From: Dehalococcoidia bacterium
GTDB lineage: Bacteria; Chloroflexota; Dehalococcoidia; Lucifugimonadales; JAGWBF01
Assembly (NCBI GenBank): GCA_965248975.1
Contig: CBDFKU010000017.1
Span: 27,236 to 91,235, forward strand
Direction of reading: 5' to 3'
Length of the DNA stretch: 64,000 nt
Position 1 is the first letter of the stretch; each line of letters begins with the position of its first letter. Below, piece by piece: positions 20,508-30,519 of the stretch. Position numbers and translations under genes: made by a program. Below the pieces are notes generated by a model. That model was not told where the DNA came from. It worked only from the letters and a program-made list of their open reading frames with translations, and searched no databases.

Positions 20508-20791
20508 GACCGCTACAACTCCCGTTGCTAGCATCCACATCCGCCATGCCAGAGGTTTCCTGTCAACCAACGGGGCGTCCCATTTTGCAGACTTATGCAG
20601 CACCTACGTCGCTACGATCCTTCCGGGTACGGGCCTGGATCTTAATCCCGTGACCAAGCTGTCACATGCCAGCACGGCACGGTTATTACGACGCAAAAGA
20701 GGTCAGAGGCCGCGGTGGCACCATAGGGGTGCTTTCCGCCTGCCGGGCAGAGGCTGCCGGGGGCTCTCGTTGTGCGAGAGCGCGAACCGGC

Positions 20792-21043
20792 CTACAGGCT
20801 CTCTAGCTTGGCCGCTTCCGGAATCATGCCTTCCAGAATGCGCTGAAGAGCCATGGTGTGGCTGCACGTTGCATGGGTCGCCGAGAAGGCACAAGAGCAG
20901 TGCCACCCTGCGTCGTCATAGGTTACCTGGTGGATGTTATGATTTCCGCGAAAGGTGGCACTCAGTGTGGTGATGTTCACCCGGTCACGCTGCTCCGAGT
21001 AGGCCCGCGCCTTCTCTATCTTGCTGATCATGCTTGAGTGCAT
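20792..21043 (-). CDS. SWIM zinc-finger domain protein
   Basis: WHCSCAFSATHATCSHTMAL fits the CxCxnCxH SWIM signature. Confidence 0.55.
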   Translation of the reverse strand: MHSSMISKIEKARAYSEQRDRVNITTLSATFRGNHNIHQVTYDDAGWHCSCAFSATHATCSHTMALQRILEGMIPEAAKLESL

Positions 21044-21248
21044 GCCGCCTCCTTGAAAACGTTGTGCGTTTGGAAAGCGTCGCGCACTAGAATTCTATGC
21101 CAAAGGTTGTAGTGGGTCAATATCATCGGAGGCCCTCATCTTGGCACAGAATCCCCTTTCATCGCGTCCGCATATGGTGGACTGATAACGGGCCGTGTAA
21201 TATATTTAGGTTGGGCTGAAGCTGATTCACCAGGATTGTAGTGACTAA

Positions 21249-23888
21249 ATGGATGGAGATCGAATAAGGCAGGGCTTCCTGGAGTTCTTCAGGGACCGGG
21301 GCCACACCATCATGCCCAGCTCTTCGCTGGTACCGGTGGGAGACCCTACCATGCTGTTCACCAGTGCCGGCATGGTCCCATTCAAGCCCTACTTCACCGG
21401 GGAGACGACACCGCCCTCCAAGTGGCTCACGTCGTGCCAGAAGAGCTTCCGCACCACCGACGTGGACGAGGTGGGGGACCACAAGCACCTCACTTTCTTC
21501 GAGATGCTGGGGAACTTCAGCATCGGCGACTATTTCAAAAAGGAAGCCATCGGCTGGTCCTGGGAGTTCGTCACGGAGGTCTTCAAGCTGGAGCCCCAGC
21601 GCTTGTTCGTCACCATTTACCTGGACGACGAGGAGGCCTACAGTCACTGGAGTCAGGATATCGGCGTTCCCGACGACCGTATCTACCGCTACGGCGACGC
21701 CGACAACTGGTGGGGGCCGGCGGGCAAAGAGGGACCCTGCGGTCCGTGCAGCGAGATCCACTACGACTTCGGCGTGGAGAAGGGTTGTGGCACCCCGGAG
21801 TGCCACCCCAACCACGATTGCGAGCGCTTCGTGGAGCTTTGGAACCTGGTGTTCATGCAGTTCTACCAGGACCCCGAGGGAACCCGCACTCCCCTGCCCT
21901 CCCCCAGCATCGACACCGGCATGGGCCTGGAGCGGGCCGCCACCATCCTCCAGGGCGTGCGCACCATCTACGAGACCGACCTCTTCCGGCCCATCGTGCA
22001 GAAGGTGGAGAAGATCAGCGGCAAGACCTACGGCGCCGACCGGGACACCGACTACGCGCTGAGGGTGGTGGCGGAGCACGCGCGGGCCGCGGCCTTCCTT
22101 ATTGCCGACGGTGTGGTGCCGGGCAACGAGGGCCGTGGCTACGTGCTGCGGCGGGTGATCCGGCGGGCCATCCGCTACGGGCGCCGTCTGGGCTTGGAGG
22201 AGGCCTTCCTCACAGAGGTCTCCGACGTCGCCGTACGACGGTTCCAGGACGCTTACCCGGAGTTGTCGACCAACGCCGACTTTATCCGCAGGGTAGTGGG
22301 CCTCGAGGAGGAGCGGTTCGCCCAGACGTTCGAGCGGGGTATTACTGTCCTGGAGGGCCTCCTGACCTCCGAGATGGCCAAAGTATGGGTGCCAGGTGAC
22401 AGCACCTTCACCCTCTACGACACCTACGGCTTTCCTCCGGAGCTCACCGCCGAGATCGCCCGCGAGCATGGACTGGAAGTGGATATGGAGGGCTTCCAGA
22501 GGGAGATGGAGGCCCAGAGGGAGCGGGCCCGATCCGCCGGAGGAGAGAAGTTCGCCGGCGGTATGGAGGTGCTGTCCACCTACGAGAACCTTGGCGTCGG
22601 GGCAGTCGGGTTCACCGGCTACAGCGCCCTGTCGCAGGAGTCGGTGGTCGCCGCTCTGCTGGTGGACAACGTACCCGTGGGGCACGCCACGGTGGGTCAG
22701 GCGGTGGAGATCGTACTTGGGGAGACCCCCTTTTTCGCTGAAGGCGGCGGGCAGGTAGGGGACGCCGGTGTCATCGCCGGACCCAACGGCCGGGTCCGTG
22801 TGGAGGATACCCAGGCGCCCGTGGCCGGCCTCATCGTCCATCGGGGCGTCGTCGAAGAAGGGGACGTCTCCTTGGGCGACCCGGTGGAAGCCCGCGTCGA
22901 CCCGTCTCGTCGCCTGGACACCGCCCGCAACCACAGCGGCACTCACCTGCTCCACGCGTCCCTGCGGCGGGTGCTGGGTCCCCATGTACGTCAGGGAGGC
23001 TCCCTGGTGGCGGCGGACCGGCTGCGCTTCGACTACAGCCACGTCGTGGCCCTCTCCCGGGAGGAGTTGCTGGAGGTGCAGGGGCTGGCCAACCAGAAGG
23101 TCCGGGACGACCTGGCGGTACGCACCCGGGAGTCCAGCTACGCCCAGGCCGTGCAGGAAGGGGCCCTGGCCTTCTTTGGGGACCGCTACGGCGACGTGGT
23201 GCGGGTTGTGGAAATGTCCGACGGCGAGCCCTTCAGCGTCGAGGTATGTGGTGGGACCCACGTCGGGGCCACCGGCCAGTTGGGCCTCCTCTTTATAGTG
23301 GGAGAGTCCAGCGTCGGCGGCGGCATGAGGCGCGTCGAGGCCGTCACCGGCCGGGCCGCCGAGGATCTGTTCACGGAGCGGTCGGCCCTGTTGGAGTCCC
23401 TGGCCGGCAAGCTGGAGACGCCCCTTGTGGACCTGGGGGCCCGGCTGGACAGCTACGTTCGGGACGCCGACCTGCTGAGGAAGCGCCTGGAGACCCTAGA
23501 ACGAGAGAAGCTAAGGCGGGAGGCCCAGGAGTTGCTGCCCAAGGCCCAGGATGTGGATGGCACCAGGGTGCTGGCGGCCAGGACGTCGGCCACAGGAGTG
23601 GACTCCATGCGGGAGATGGGCGACTGGCTTAAGGACAAGCTCTCAAGCGCCGTGATCGTTCTGGGCGCCGTGCACGATAACCGCCCCACTATCATCGCCA
23701 TGGTCACCCCGGACCTGGTTGGGAGGGGTCTTCACGCCGGCGACATCGCCAGGGAGACGGCCAAAGTCATGGACGGCGGCGGCGGCGGCCGTCCGGAGAT
23801 GGCCCAGGCCGGTGGCAAGAGAGCCGACAAGCTGGACGAGGCCCTCCGGGGCGTAGCCGAACTGGTGCGGAAGGGCGCCGGTAATTGA
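21249..23888 (+). CDS. alaS: Alanine--tRNA ligase
   Basis: 879 aa. The N-terminus is RQGFLEFFRDRGHTIMPSSSLVP.GDPTMLFTSAGMVPFKPYF. The editing-domain motifs HSGTHLLH and CGGTHV are present, as is a C-terminal DHHA1-like GGGGG block. Confidence 0.97.
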   Translation: MDGDRIRQGFLEFFRDRGHTIMPSSSLVPVGDPTMLFTSAGMVPFKPYFTGETTPPSKWLTSCQKSFRTTDVDEVGDHKHLTFFEMLGNFSIGDYFKKEAIGWSWEFVTEVFKLEPQRLFVTIYLDDEEAYSHWSQDIGVPDDRIYRYGDADNWWGPAGKEGPCGPCSEIHYDFGVEKGCGTPECHPNHDCERFVELWNLVFMQFYQDPEGTRTPLPSPSIDTGMGLERAATILQGVRTIYETDLFRPIVQKVEKISGKTYGADRDTDYALRVVAEHARAAAFLIADGVVPGNEGRGYVLRRVIRRAIRYGRRLGLEEAFLTEVSDVAVRRFQDAYPELSTNADFIRRVVGLEEERFAQTFERGITVLEGLLTSEMAKVWVPGDSTFTLYDTYGFPPELTAEIAREHGLEVDMEGFQREMEAQRERARSAGGEKFAGGMEVLSTYENLGVGAVGFTGYSALSQESVVAALLVDNVPVGHATVGQAVEIVLGETPFFAEGGGQVGDAGVIAGPNGRVRVEDTQAPVAGLIVHRGVVEEGDVSLGDPVEARVDPSRRLDTARNHSGTHLLHASLRRVLGPHVRQGGSLVAADRLRFDYSHVVALSREELLEVQGLANQKVRDDLAVRTRESSYAQAVQEGALAFFGDRYGDVVRVVEMSDGEPFSVEVCGGTHVGATGQLGLLFIVGESSVGGGMRRVEAVTGRAAEDLFTERSALLESLAGKLETPLVDLGARLDSYVRDADLLRKRLETLEREKLRREAQELLPKAQDVDGTRVLAARTSATGVDSMREMGDWLKDKLSSAVIVLGAVHDNRPTIIAMVTPDLVGRGLHAGDIARETAKVMDGGGGGRPEMAQAGGKRADKLDEALRGVAELVRKGAGN

Positions 23889-24310
23889 GGCTGCTGTGCC
23901 TGGACGTGGGGGAACGCCGCATCGGCATGGCGGTCAGCGGCCCCGGCGGAGCGATGGCCACCCCGGCAGGATTCATCCAGCGCACCAGGTTGGCCCAGGA
24001 CATTGCGCGGATCCGGGAAGCCGCGGCAGCCAGGCAGGCCGAGGGCATCATCGTGGGCCTCCCTCTGTCCCTGGACGGGACGGTGGGACCTCAGGCGAAG
24101 AGGGTGCGGTCTTTTATCAGGGCCCTTCGCCGCGAAACGGACCTGTTCCTGGACACGGTGGACGAGCGGTTCTCAACGGCCGAGGCTGAGCGGTTGATGC
24201 GGGAGGCAGGCCGTAGTCCTTCCCGCCACAAGGGTGAGGTAGACGCGGCGGCGGCGGCGGTGATGCTTCAGGAGTATCTGGACCGGAAAGCAACTAAGTC
24301 GGCCCCCTGA
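23885..24310 (+). CDS. ruvX: YqgF/RuvX-type putative pre-16S rRNA nuclease / Holliday junction resolvase-like protein
   Basis: LLCLDVGERRIGMAVS...GIIVGLPLSLDGT.GPQA..V..F...L. TTG start overlaps the alaS stop. Confidence 0.8.
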   Translation: MRLLCLDVGERRIGMAVSGPGGAMATPAGFIQRTRLAQDIARIREAAAARQAEGIIVGLPLSLDGTVGPQAKRVRSFIRALRRETDLFLDTVDERFSTAEAERLMREAGRSPSRHKGEVDAAAAAVMLQEYLDRKATKSAP

Positions 24311-24401
24311 GTGGGTCAAAACCGCAGACCCCCGTGCTATAATGGTTGGCGGCCCGCAGGCCATCTAAAGCAGCGATCAATAGTAGGAGGAGCGGTAGCT
24401 C

Positions 24402-24674
24402 ATGACATACATCATCACCGAGCCTTGCGTTAATGTTAAGGACGCGGCATGCGTCGACGTCTGTCCGGTAGACTGCATCTACACCACCGACGAAGACGAC
24501 ATGTATTACATCCATCCCGACGAGTGCATCGACTGCGCCGCGTGTGAGCCGGTGTGCCCGGTAACCGCCATTTTCGCTGAGGACGCCGTGCCCGAGCAGT
24601 GGAGCAAATTCACCGAGATGAATTACAACTACTTCAAGGAGCGGGACCTCTCCACGCTGAAAAACACCCGATAG
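24402..24674 (+). CDS. fdxA: Ferredoxin (7Fe/FdxA-like, two Cys clusters)
   Basis: [27 protein letters not shown]...[18 protein letters not shown]. Confidence 0.85.
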   Translation: MTYIITEPCVNVKDAACVDVCPVDCIYTTDEDDMYYIHPDECIDCAACEPVCPVTAIFAEDAVPEQWSKFTEMNYNYFKERDLSTLKNTR

Positions 24675-24719
24675 ACCCGGACCGGACCGCCATACAGGAC
24701 ACCAGGGCCGGGTGACGCC

Positions 24720-25556
24720 ATGAGCGCCCCCGGCCCTCTTGCGGAGAGGGTGGAGGTAGCAATGCCCACGGCGCCAGTACAGGACATAAATCTGTACTAC
24801 GAAACTACTGGAGAAGGGCCTGCGGTAGTGCTCGCCCACGGGCGCGGCGGCAACCACATGAGCTGGTGGCAGCAGGTTCCCGTATTCAGCGAGCGGTACA
24901 GCTGCATCACCTTCGACCACAGGGGATGGGGACGGTCGCTGCAGCCGCCCGAAGCCATGGGCCGTGAGGCCTTCGTGGAGGACCTCAGGGGCCTGTTGGA
25001 CCACCTGGGGATCGAGGACGCCTTCCTGGTGGCCCAGTCCATGGGCGGCCTGACCTGCCTGGGATTCGCCCTGGCCTACCCTCGCAGGACCAGGGCCCTG
25101 GTCCTGGCCGGCACCACCGGCGGCATTGGCGAAGAGCCCATCGTCGAGGTCCTCCGTCAACGCAAACCCACCAACGACGTACTGGATCGAGCCGTGGCCC
25201 CCGGCTTCCGGCACCGAGAGCCCGAAAAGGCTTTCCTTTACAAAGAAATCAACCTGATGAATCCGGCCAGGGACCTGGAGCCCAACGGGTTCACCAGCGG
25301 CGAAGGTCCCAAGGCCCCGGAACTGGAACAGATGAGGGTGCCCACACTGCTCATCGTCGGTGAGGAGGATGTGGTGATGCCTCCGGCGGTGATCGAGGCG
25401 TCCCACAAGCTGATTCCCGGATCGCGGCTAGAGGTGGTGGCCGACGCAGGCCATTCCGTCTATTTCGAGCGTCCGGAGGTATTCAACCGGCTGGTGCTGG
25501 AGTTCTTCGCCAGGGTAGAGGCGGGGGCCGAGCGCATCGGCGCCGAGGCTTCCTGA
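24720..25556 (+). CDS. Alpha/beta-fold hydrolase
   Basis: HGRGGNH oxyanion region, the AQSMGG nucleophile elbow and a C-terminal AGHSVYFE histidine motif. Confidence 0.75.
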   Translation: MSAPGPLAERVEVAMPTAPVQDINLYYETTGEGPAVVLAHGRGGNHMSWWQQVPVFSERYSCITFDHRGWGRSLQPPEAMGREAFVEDLRGLLDHLGIEDAFLVAQSMGGLTCLGFALAYPRRTRALVLAGTTGGIGEEPIVEVLRQRKPTNDVLDRAVAPGFRHREPEKAFLYKEINLMNPARDLEPNGFTSGEGPKAPELEQMRVPTLLIVGEEDVVMPPAVIEASHKLIPGSRLEVVADAGHSVYFERPEVFNRLVLEFFARVEAGAERIGAEAS

Positions 25557-25714
25557 GTGAGCCCTACACGAGAGCGATCCTCGTGGCAAGGCCCAGGTTT
25601 CCGTGACTGGTTCGGGCACTATATACCGATCCGTTTGACCCCTCCCCAACACCTCCAAGCTACCGGTTACCCTCAACTCAGTCCTTCAAATTGGTCAATT
25701 TCTCGGAATGTGTT

Positions 25715-25743
25715 TTGACATCGGACAGCTTCAAATCTAACAT
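25715..25743 (+). promoter_or_regulatory. Sigma70-like promoter for the TetR-activase operon
   Basis: TTGACA (25715-25720), 17-nt spacer, TAACAT (25738-25743). The palindrome GTACGTAC lies just downstream. Confidence 0.3.
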
Positions 25744-25786
25744 GAGCACGTCGTAGTACGTACCTGGGTGTGATGGGGCGCTGCCG

Positions 25787-26458
25787 ATGAATAGAAGTCT
25801 CCGGGACGATCGGAAGCAGCGGCTGGTCTCCTGTGCTAAGAGCACTTTCGCCAGCAAAGGGTACTACGCGACCAGTATTTCCGAGATCGTACAGCATGCA
25901 GGGATCGCCAGAGGGACGTTCTATCAATACTTCGATAACAAGCTTCACATCTTCCAGAGCATTCTGGACTCGTTTCTGTCGGACCTGCAGGATTGCGTAA
26001 GGCCCGTTTCCCTCAGCCCAGGCGCTCAGCCACCCCTGGTCCAGATCCAGGACAACCTTGCCCGCGTCTTCGAGCTGGTCCTGAGGGAGAGGGATCTGGC
26101 CCAGATACTGCTTCATCACGCCAGCTCCATGGACCGCTCCATGGAGGCACGCCTGGAAGAATTCTACGACCAGTTGGCAGGGATGATACAGCGCTCCATG
26201 ACACTGGGGATGACCATGGGTTTGGTGCGCCAGTTCAACGCGCGTCTCACCTCTTACGCCATCATCGGGGCGGTGAAGGAAGTAGTGTTTCAGATCACCT
26301 CCTCGCGGGAGCCTCAGCCCCCGGTCCGAGAGTTGGTGCAGGAACTCTTGGAGTTCGGAATGGGCGGAATATTGTCCGAATCACGTCACGGGCTTATGGA
26401 TGCCGCCCGTCGAGGTGGATCCCAGATGCCACGGCAAACCTCCGCGGGGCGCGGATGA
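25787..26458 (+). CDS. TetR/AcrR-family transcriptional regulator
   Basis: The N-terminal HTH is F..KGYYATSISEIVQHAGIARGTFYQYFDNK. Confidence 0.85.
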   Translation: MNRSLRDDRKQRLVSCAKSTFASKGYYATSISEIVQHAGIARGTFYQYFDNKLHIFQSILDSFLSDLQDCVRPVSLSPGAQPPLVQIQDNLARVFELVLRERDLAQILLHHASSMDRSMEARLEEFYDQLAGMIQRSMTLGMTMGLVRQFNARLTSYAIIGAVKEVVFQITSSREPQPPVRELVQELLEFGMGGILSESRHGLMDAARRGGSQMPRQTSAGRG

Positions 26459-26506
26459 TCCAGGGCCGACAGGTGACCCGGTAAGAGCCGAAGGAGAAAT
26501 CACGTT

Positions 26507-29500
26507 ATGGTAGACGTTTTACATAGCACCAACGGACTGCTAACTCAGGGCGCGGACTCGGGCCAGGCAAAGGCTTACGATAGCCTGCTGGTCGGTCTGG
26601 ATGTGGGCTCCACCACGGTCAAGGCCGTGGTGATGGACCCCGATACGGATGAAATCCTCTGGAAAGATTACGAGCGTCACCAGACCAAGCAGCCTGAAAT
26701 GGTGAACGAGTTTCTCCAGCGCATCACCGAGGCCTTTCCCATACCCGACGACAAGTTCCGCGTCTTCATAACCGGCAGCGGCGGAAGCATGCTCAAGGAC
26801 CGCATCGGCGCCAAGTTCGTTCAAGAGGTGAACGCAGTCTCCCTGGCCGTCGAACACCTCTACCCCGAAGCTGGCTCAGTGGTCGAGTTGGGGGGTCAGG
26901 ACGCGAAGATCATAATCTGGTTCAGCGACCCCGGGTCGGGCACCAAGCGCAAGGTGCCCAGCATGAACGACAAATGCGCCGGCGGCACAGGCGCCGTCAT
27001 CGACAAGATCAACGCCAAGGTAATGCTCACCAGCGAGCAGCTCCAGGCCCTTCCCTACTACGACACGAAGCTCCACCCCGTGGCCGGCAAGTGCGGCGTC
27101 TTCGCCGAGACGGACATAAACGGCCTGCAGAAGAACGGCGTTCCCGCCAACGAGCTGATGGCCTCCCTTTTCGAGGCCATCGTTCAGCAGAACCTGAGCG
27201 TCCTCACCCGGGGCAACACCCTGCGTCCCACGGTGCTCCTCCTGGGAGGGCCCAACACCTTCATCCCTGCGATGCGGGATTGCTGGAAGAGCAACATCCC
27301 CAAGATCTGGGCGGAGCGCAACTTCCCCTTGCCCGAAGGGGTTGATCCCGCTGACCTGGTTATCGTCCCGGAGAACGCCCAGTACTACGCCGCCATCGGC
27401 TCTGTGCTCTACGGCAAGAGCGAGGACCCCGACGTGGGAGTCTACAAGGGGTCCAAGGAGTTGGAGGCCTTCATCGAGGTGGGACGGACCCAGATGAGGG
27501 AGTCATCGGGGGACGTGGGCCTGTGCCGCACCCCGGAGGAGTTGGAGGAGTTCAAGAAGCTCTTCGCGAAGACGCCCTGGGAGCCCGCCAAGTTCTCCGA
27601 GGGCGATGTTGTGGAAGCGTTCATGGGCATCGACGGCGGCTCCACCTCCACTAAAGCTGTCCTGATGAACAAAGAGGGAGAGCTACTGGCCACGGCCTAC
27701 CAGCTCTCTAAGGGCAACCCCTTGGAGGACACCCAGGATATCCTGGCCGACCTCAGGGAATACGTCGAGAACCAGGGTGCGACCCTGGATGTCAAGGGAG
27801 TGGGGACCACCGGTTACGCCAAGGACATGCTGAAGGAGTCCCTGGGCGCCGACGTGGGTATCGTGGAAACGGTTGCCCACACGAAGTCCGCGCTGCATTA
27901 CTACGACGACGCCGACGTGATCGTGGACGTGGGTGGGCAGGACATCAAGGTCATCGTGCTCAAGGACGGCAAAGTCAAGGACTTCAAGCTCAACACCCAG
28001 TGCTCCGCCGGCAACGGCTACTTCCTGCAGAGCACGGCAGCCAAGTTCGGCTACTCTGTGGCCGAGTTCGCCGACGTGGCTTTCGACGCCGAGCGGCTCC
28101 CCGTCTTCGGCTACGGATGCGCCGTCTTCATGGAGACGGACATCGTCAACTTCCAGCAGCTTGGCTGGGAGAAGAGGGAGATCATGGCCGGCCTGGCCAA
28201 AGTGCTGCCCAAGAACATCTGGCTCTACGTCGTGGCGGAGCCCAACCTGGGCAAGTTCGGCACCACCTTTGTGCTGCAGGGCGGGACGCAGCACAACCTG
28301 GCGGCGGTCAAGTCCCAGTACGACTTCATCAAGTCCAAGGTGCCCAACGCCACCATCCGGGTGCACCAGTTCACGGGAGAGAGCGGGGCCATCGGAGCCG
28401 CCCTGGAGGCCATTCGAGTGGTGTCCGAGAGGGACTCCAGCTTCATAGGCCTGAAGGCCGCCGAGAGTCTGGAGTTCACTGCCACCAGGGACGAGTCCAC
28501 CCGGTGCAGCTTCTGCAAGAACAAGTGCCTGAGGACCTACATCGACACCACGAGTGACACCGGCGAGACCAACCGCTTCATCATCGCCACCTGCGAGAAG
28601 GGCACGGTGGAGAAGATGGAGGACATGAAGGTCATCAAGGCCCGGCTGGACGAGATCAGAAAAGCCAACCCTAACTTCGTTGAGAAGGCGTCCACCGAGG
28701 CCTTCCGCAGCTTCAGCCCACCGAAGGTCAGCACTATGCTGGAAGAAGAAGAGGAAGGGGCGGAGCAGCCGGCCAAGGGCAAGGGGTTGCTGTCCATGTT
28801 CCGCAAAGAGAAGGTGGAGGCGGTCGTCGCCAAAGCCTCTCCGGAGGTCCGGGAGCTTCGCGCGAACATCAAGATCGCGATGCCCAGGGTCCTCAATATG
28901 TACACCGTCTCCCCGTTCTTTAGCGCCTACTTCGAGGCCCTGGGAGTCAGCTTCCGCCACATCACCTACTCCGACTACACCGACCCCCTGATGTGGTACA
29001 AAGGCTCTCGCCGCGGCTCCATTGACCAGTGCTTCCCCAGCAAGGTCGCCATAGCTCACATCCATAACCTGATCTTCGATCAGAAGGTGAAGCCGGACGT
29101 CATTTTCTTCCCGATTATCCAGAAGCTGAAGACCGAGTTGGTGAACGCGGTTGACAGCTCCGCCTGCCCAACGGTGTCCATCACCCCCGAGGTGTGCAAG
29201 GCCGCATTCACCAAGGAAGGCGATAGCTTCGCCGAGAACGACATCCAGTACCTGGCTCCCTCCTTCGACATGTCCTTGTGGCCCCTGTTCGAGATCGAGA
29301 TGTATGACTGCTTCAAGGACTTACTGAAGGTCACCGAAGAGGAGAACCGGGAGGCTATAGAAACGGCCCTTAAGGTGTGGCGCAAGTACTTCGAGGTCTC
29401 CCTACGGGCCGAGGCTCGGAAGGTCCTGGATGGGCTGGAAGAGGAAGGTAAGGTGGGGGTGGTCATGTTGGGTCGCCCCTACCACAACGATCCCGGCTTG

Positions 29501-30457
29501 AACCACGAGATTATGGCCGAGATCCAGAAGAGGGGCTACCCCATCTTCAGTGTGGACTCTCTGCCCCAGGACGAAGACATCCTGGAGCGATTGTTCGGCG
29601 AAGAGGTCAGGGCCGGCATCATCATCCACCCCATGGATATCGCCGACGTCTGGAAGAACAGCTACAGCGAGAACTCCAGCAAGAAGGTGTGGGGCGCCAA
29701 GTACGTGGCCAGGCACCCCAACCTGGTGGCCATCGACCTGTCCAGCTTCAAGTGCGGCCACGACGCTCCCATATACAACACGGTGGAGAACATCATCGAA
29801 GCGTCGGGCACACCCTACTTCACCTTCCACGACATCGACGAGAACAAGCCCACCGGCTCCATCAAGATCAGGGTGGAGACCATCGACTACTTCCTGGCTC
29901 GCTACCAGGAGCACCTGCAGCGCAAGGTGAGCTCCGAGGGCGAGCTCCAGCAAATGGTGGGGGCCTACAAGGCCCACCTGGAGCGCACCAGTACCAAGGC
30001 CGCCGCCAAGCTTGGCTTGAACGTAGCCGAAGGGCTCGAGACCGCGGGCCGCATCGGGATCAGCGGCAACGACTCCAGGCTCTCCGCCAACGGGCACGAG
30101 CATGAGTTGGACGAGGACGGGATACCCCATCACGGCAGCGATGCCTGGGTCCCGATCTCCCTGAACCTGGGCAATGGCGACGGGGAAGCCAGTCGCTCGG
30201 TGGTGGACTCCAACACCTACGACCAGATACGGGCGGAGAATATCGCCAACGACGATCCCGAAGACGAGCTGGGCAGCGGGTCCGCCAGCTGCAACCTGCC
30301 CGGACAGGACTACCCCAAGAAGGCCTATGAGCAGCTCAAGCAGTTCAAGGGCCACGCCGACGATGAGGAAGAAGATGAGCACGGCAGCAAGATGATCACC
30401 CTCATCGATATAAAGCTCCCGGAGAAAAAGGTCGAAGAGCCCGTGGAGGCAGACTAA
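26507..30457 (+). CDS. Giant BadF/BadG/BcrA/BcrD(HgdC)-type double ATPase ('CoA-substrate-specific enzyme activase'-like) with dehydratase-like domains and an acidic tail
   Basis: It has two actin-fold ATPase modules (LLVGLDVGSTTVKAVV.. and AFMGIDGGSTSTKAVL..) with the bridging-cluster motifs (NDKCAGGTGAVID and NTQCSAGNGYFLQ). 1316 aa in total. Confidence 0.7.
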   Translation: MVDVLHSTNGLLTQGADSGQAKAYDSLLVGLDVGSTTVKAVVMDPDTDEILWKDYERHQTKQPEMVNEFLQRITEAFPIPDDKFRVFITGSGGSMLKDRIGAKFVQEVNAVSLAVEHLYPEAGSVVELGGQDAKIIIWFSDPGSGTKRKVPSMNDKCAGGTGAVIDKINAKVMLTSEQLQALPYYDTKLHPVAGKCGVFAETDINGLQKNGVPANELMASLFEAIVQQNLSVLTRGNTLRPTVLLLGGPNTFIPAMRDCWKSNIPKIWAERNFPLPEGVDPADLVIVPENAQYYAAIGSVLYGKSEDPDVGVYKGSKELEAFIEVGRTQMRESSGDVGLCRTPEELEEFKKLFAKTPWEPAKFSEGDVVEAFMGIDGGSTSTKAVLMNKEGELLATAYQLSKGNPLEDTQDILADLREYVENQGATLDVKGVGTTGYAKDMLKESLGADVGIVETVAHTKSALHYYDDADVIVDVGGQDIKVIVLKDGKVKDFKLNTQCSAGNGYFLQSTAAKFGYSVAEFADVAFDAERLPVFGYGCAVFMETDIVNFQQLGWEKREIMAGLAKVLPKNIWLYVVAEPNLGKFGTTFVLQGGTQHNLAAVKSQYDFIKSKVPNATIRVHQFTGESGAIGAALEAIRVVSERDSSFIGLKAAESLEFTATRDESTRCSFCKNKCLRTYIDTTSDTGETNRFIIATCEKGTVEKMEDMKVIKARLDEIRKANPNFVEKASTEAFRSFSPPKVSTMLEEEEEGAEQPAKGKGLLSMFRKEKVEAVVAKASPEVRELRANIKIAMPRVLNMYTVSPFFSAYFEALGVSFRHITYSDYTDPLMWYKGSRRGSIDQCFPSKVAIAHIHNLIFDQKVKPDVIFFPIIQKLKTELVNAVDSSACPTVSITPEVCKAAFTKEGDSFAENDIQYLAPSFDMSLWPLFEIEMYDCFKDLLKVTEEENREAIETALKVWRKYFEVSLRAEARKVLDGLEEEGKVGVVMLGRPYHNDPGLNHEIMAEIQKRGYPIFSVDSLPQDEDILERLFGEEVRAGIIIHPMDIADVWKNSYSENSSKKVWGAKYVARHPNLVAIDLSSFKCGHDAPIYNTVENIIEASGTPYFTFHDIDENKPTGSIKIRVETIDYFLARYQEHLQRKVSSEGELQQMVGAYKAHLERTSTKAAAKLGLNVAEGLETAGRIGISGNDSRLSANGHEHELDEDGIPHHGSDAWVPISLNLGNGDGEASRSVVDSNTYDQIRAENIANDDPEDELGSGSASCNLPGQDYPKKAYEQLKQFKGHADDEEEDEHGSKMITLIDIKLPEKKVEEPVEAD

Positions 30458-30519
30458 GGTTCCTGGGTGATTCGAAAGGCACGCCCGCAGGATTTTAACA
30501 ACTCGCAGGAGGAATCGTA

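Noticed and set aside
21044-21248. A T-box leader upstream of alaS.
   Set aside because: No AAnnGGGTGGTACCGCG-like T-box sequence or specifier/antiterminator architecture is visible in the ~200-nt leader.
21159-23261. Long antisense ORFs opposite well-supported genes. Examples are the 700-aa ORF opposite alaS, 27683-29065 and 29402-30382 opposite the activase gene, 19320-20468 and 36040-37188 opposite the IS630 transposases, and 12224-13465 opposite the tape measure gene.
   Set aside because: High-GC DNA produces long stop-free antisense frames. Their translations are Gly/Arg/Pro/His-rich and have no recognisable motifs. The sense-strand proteins have clear family signatures.
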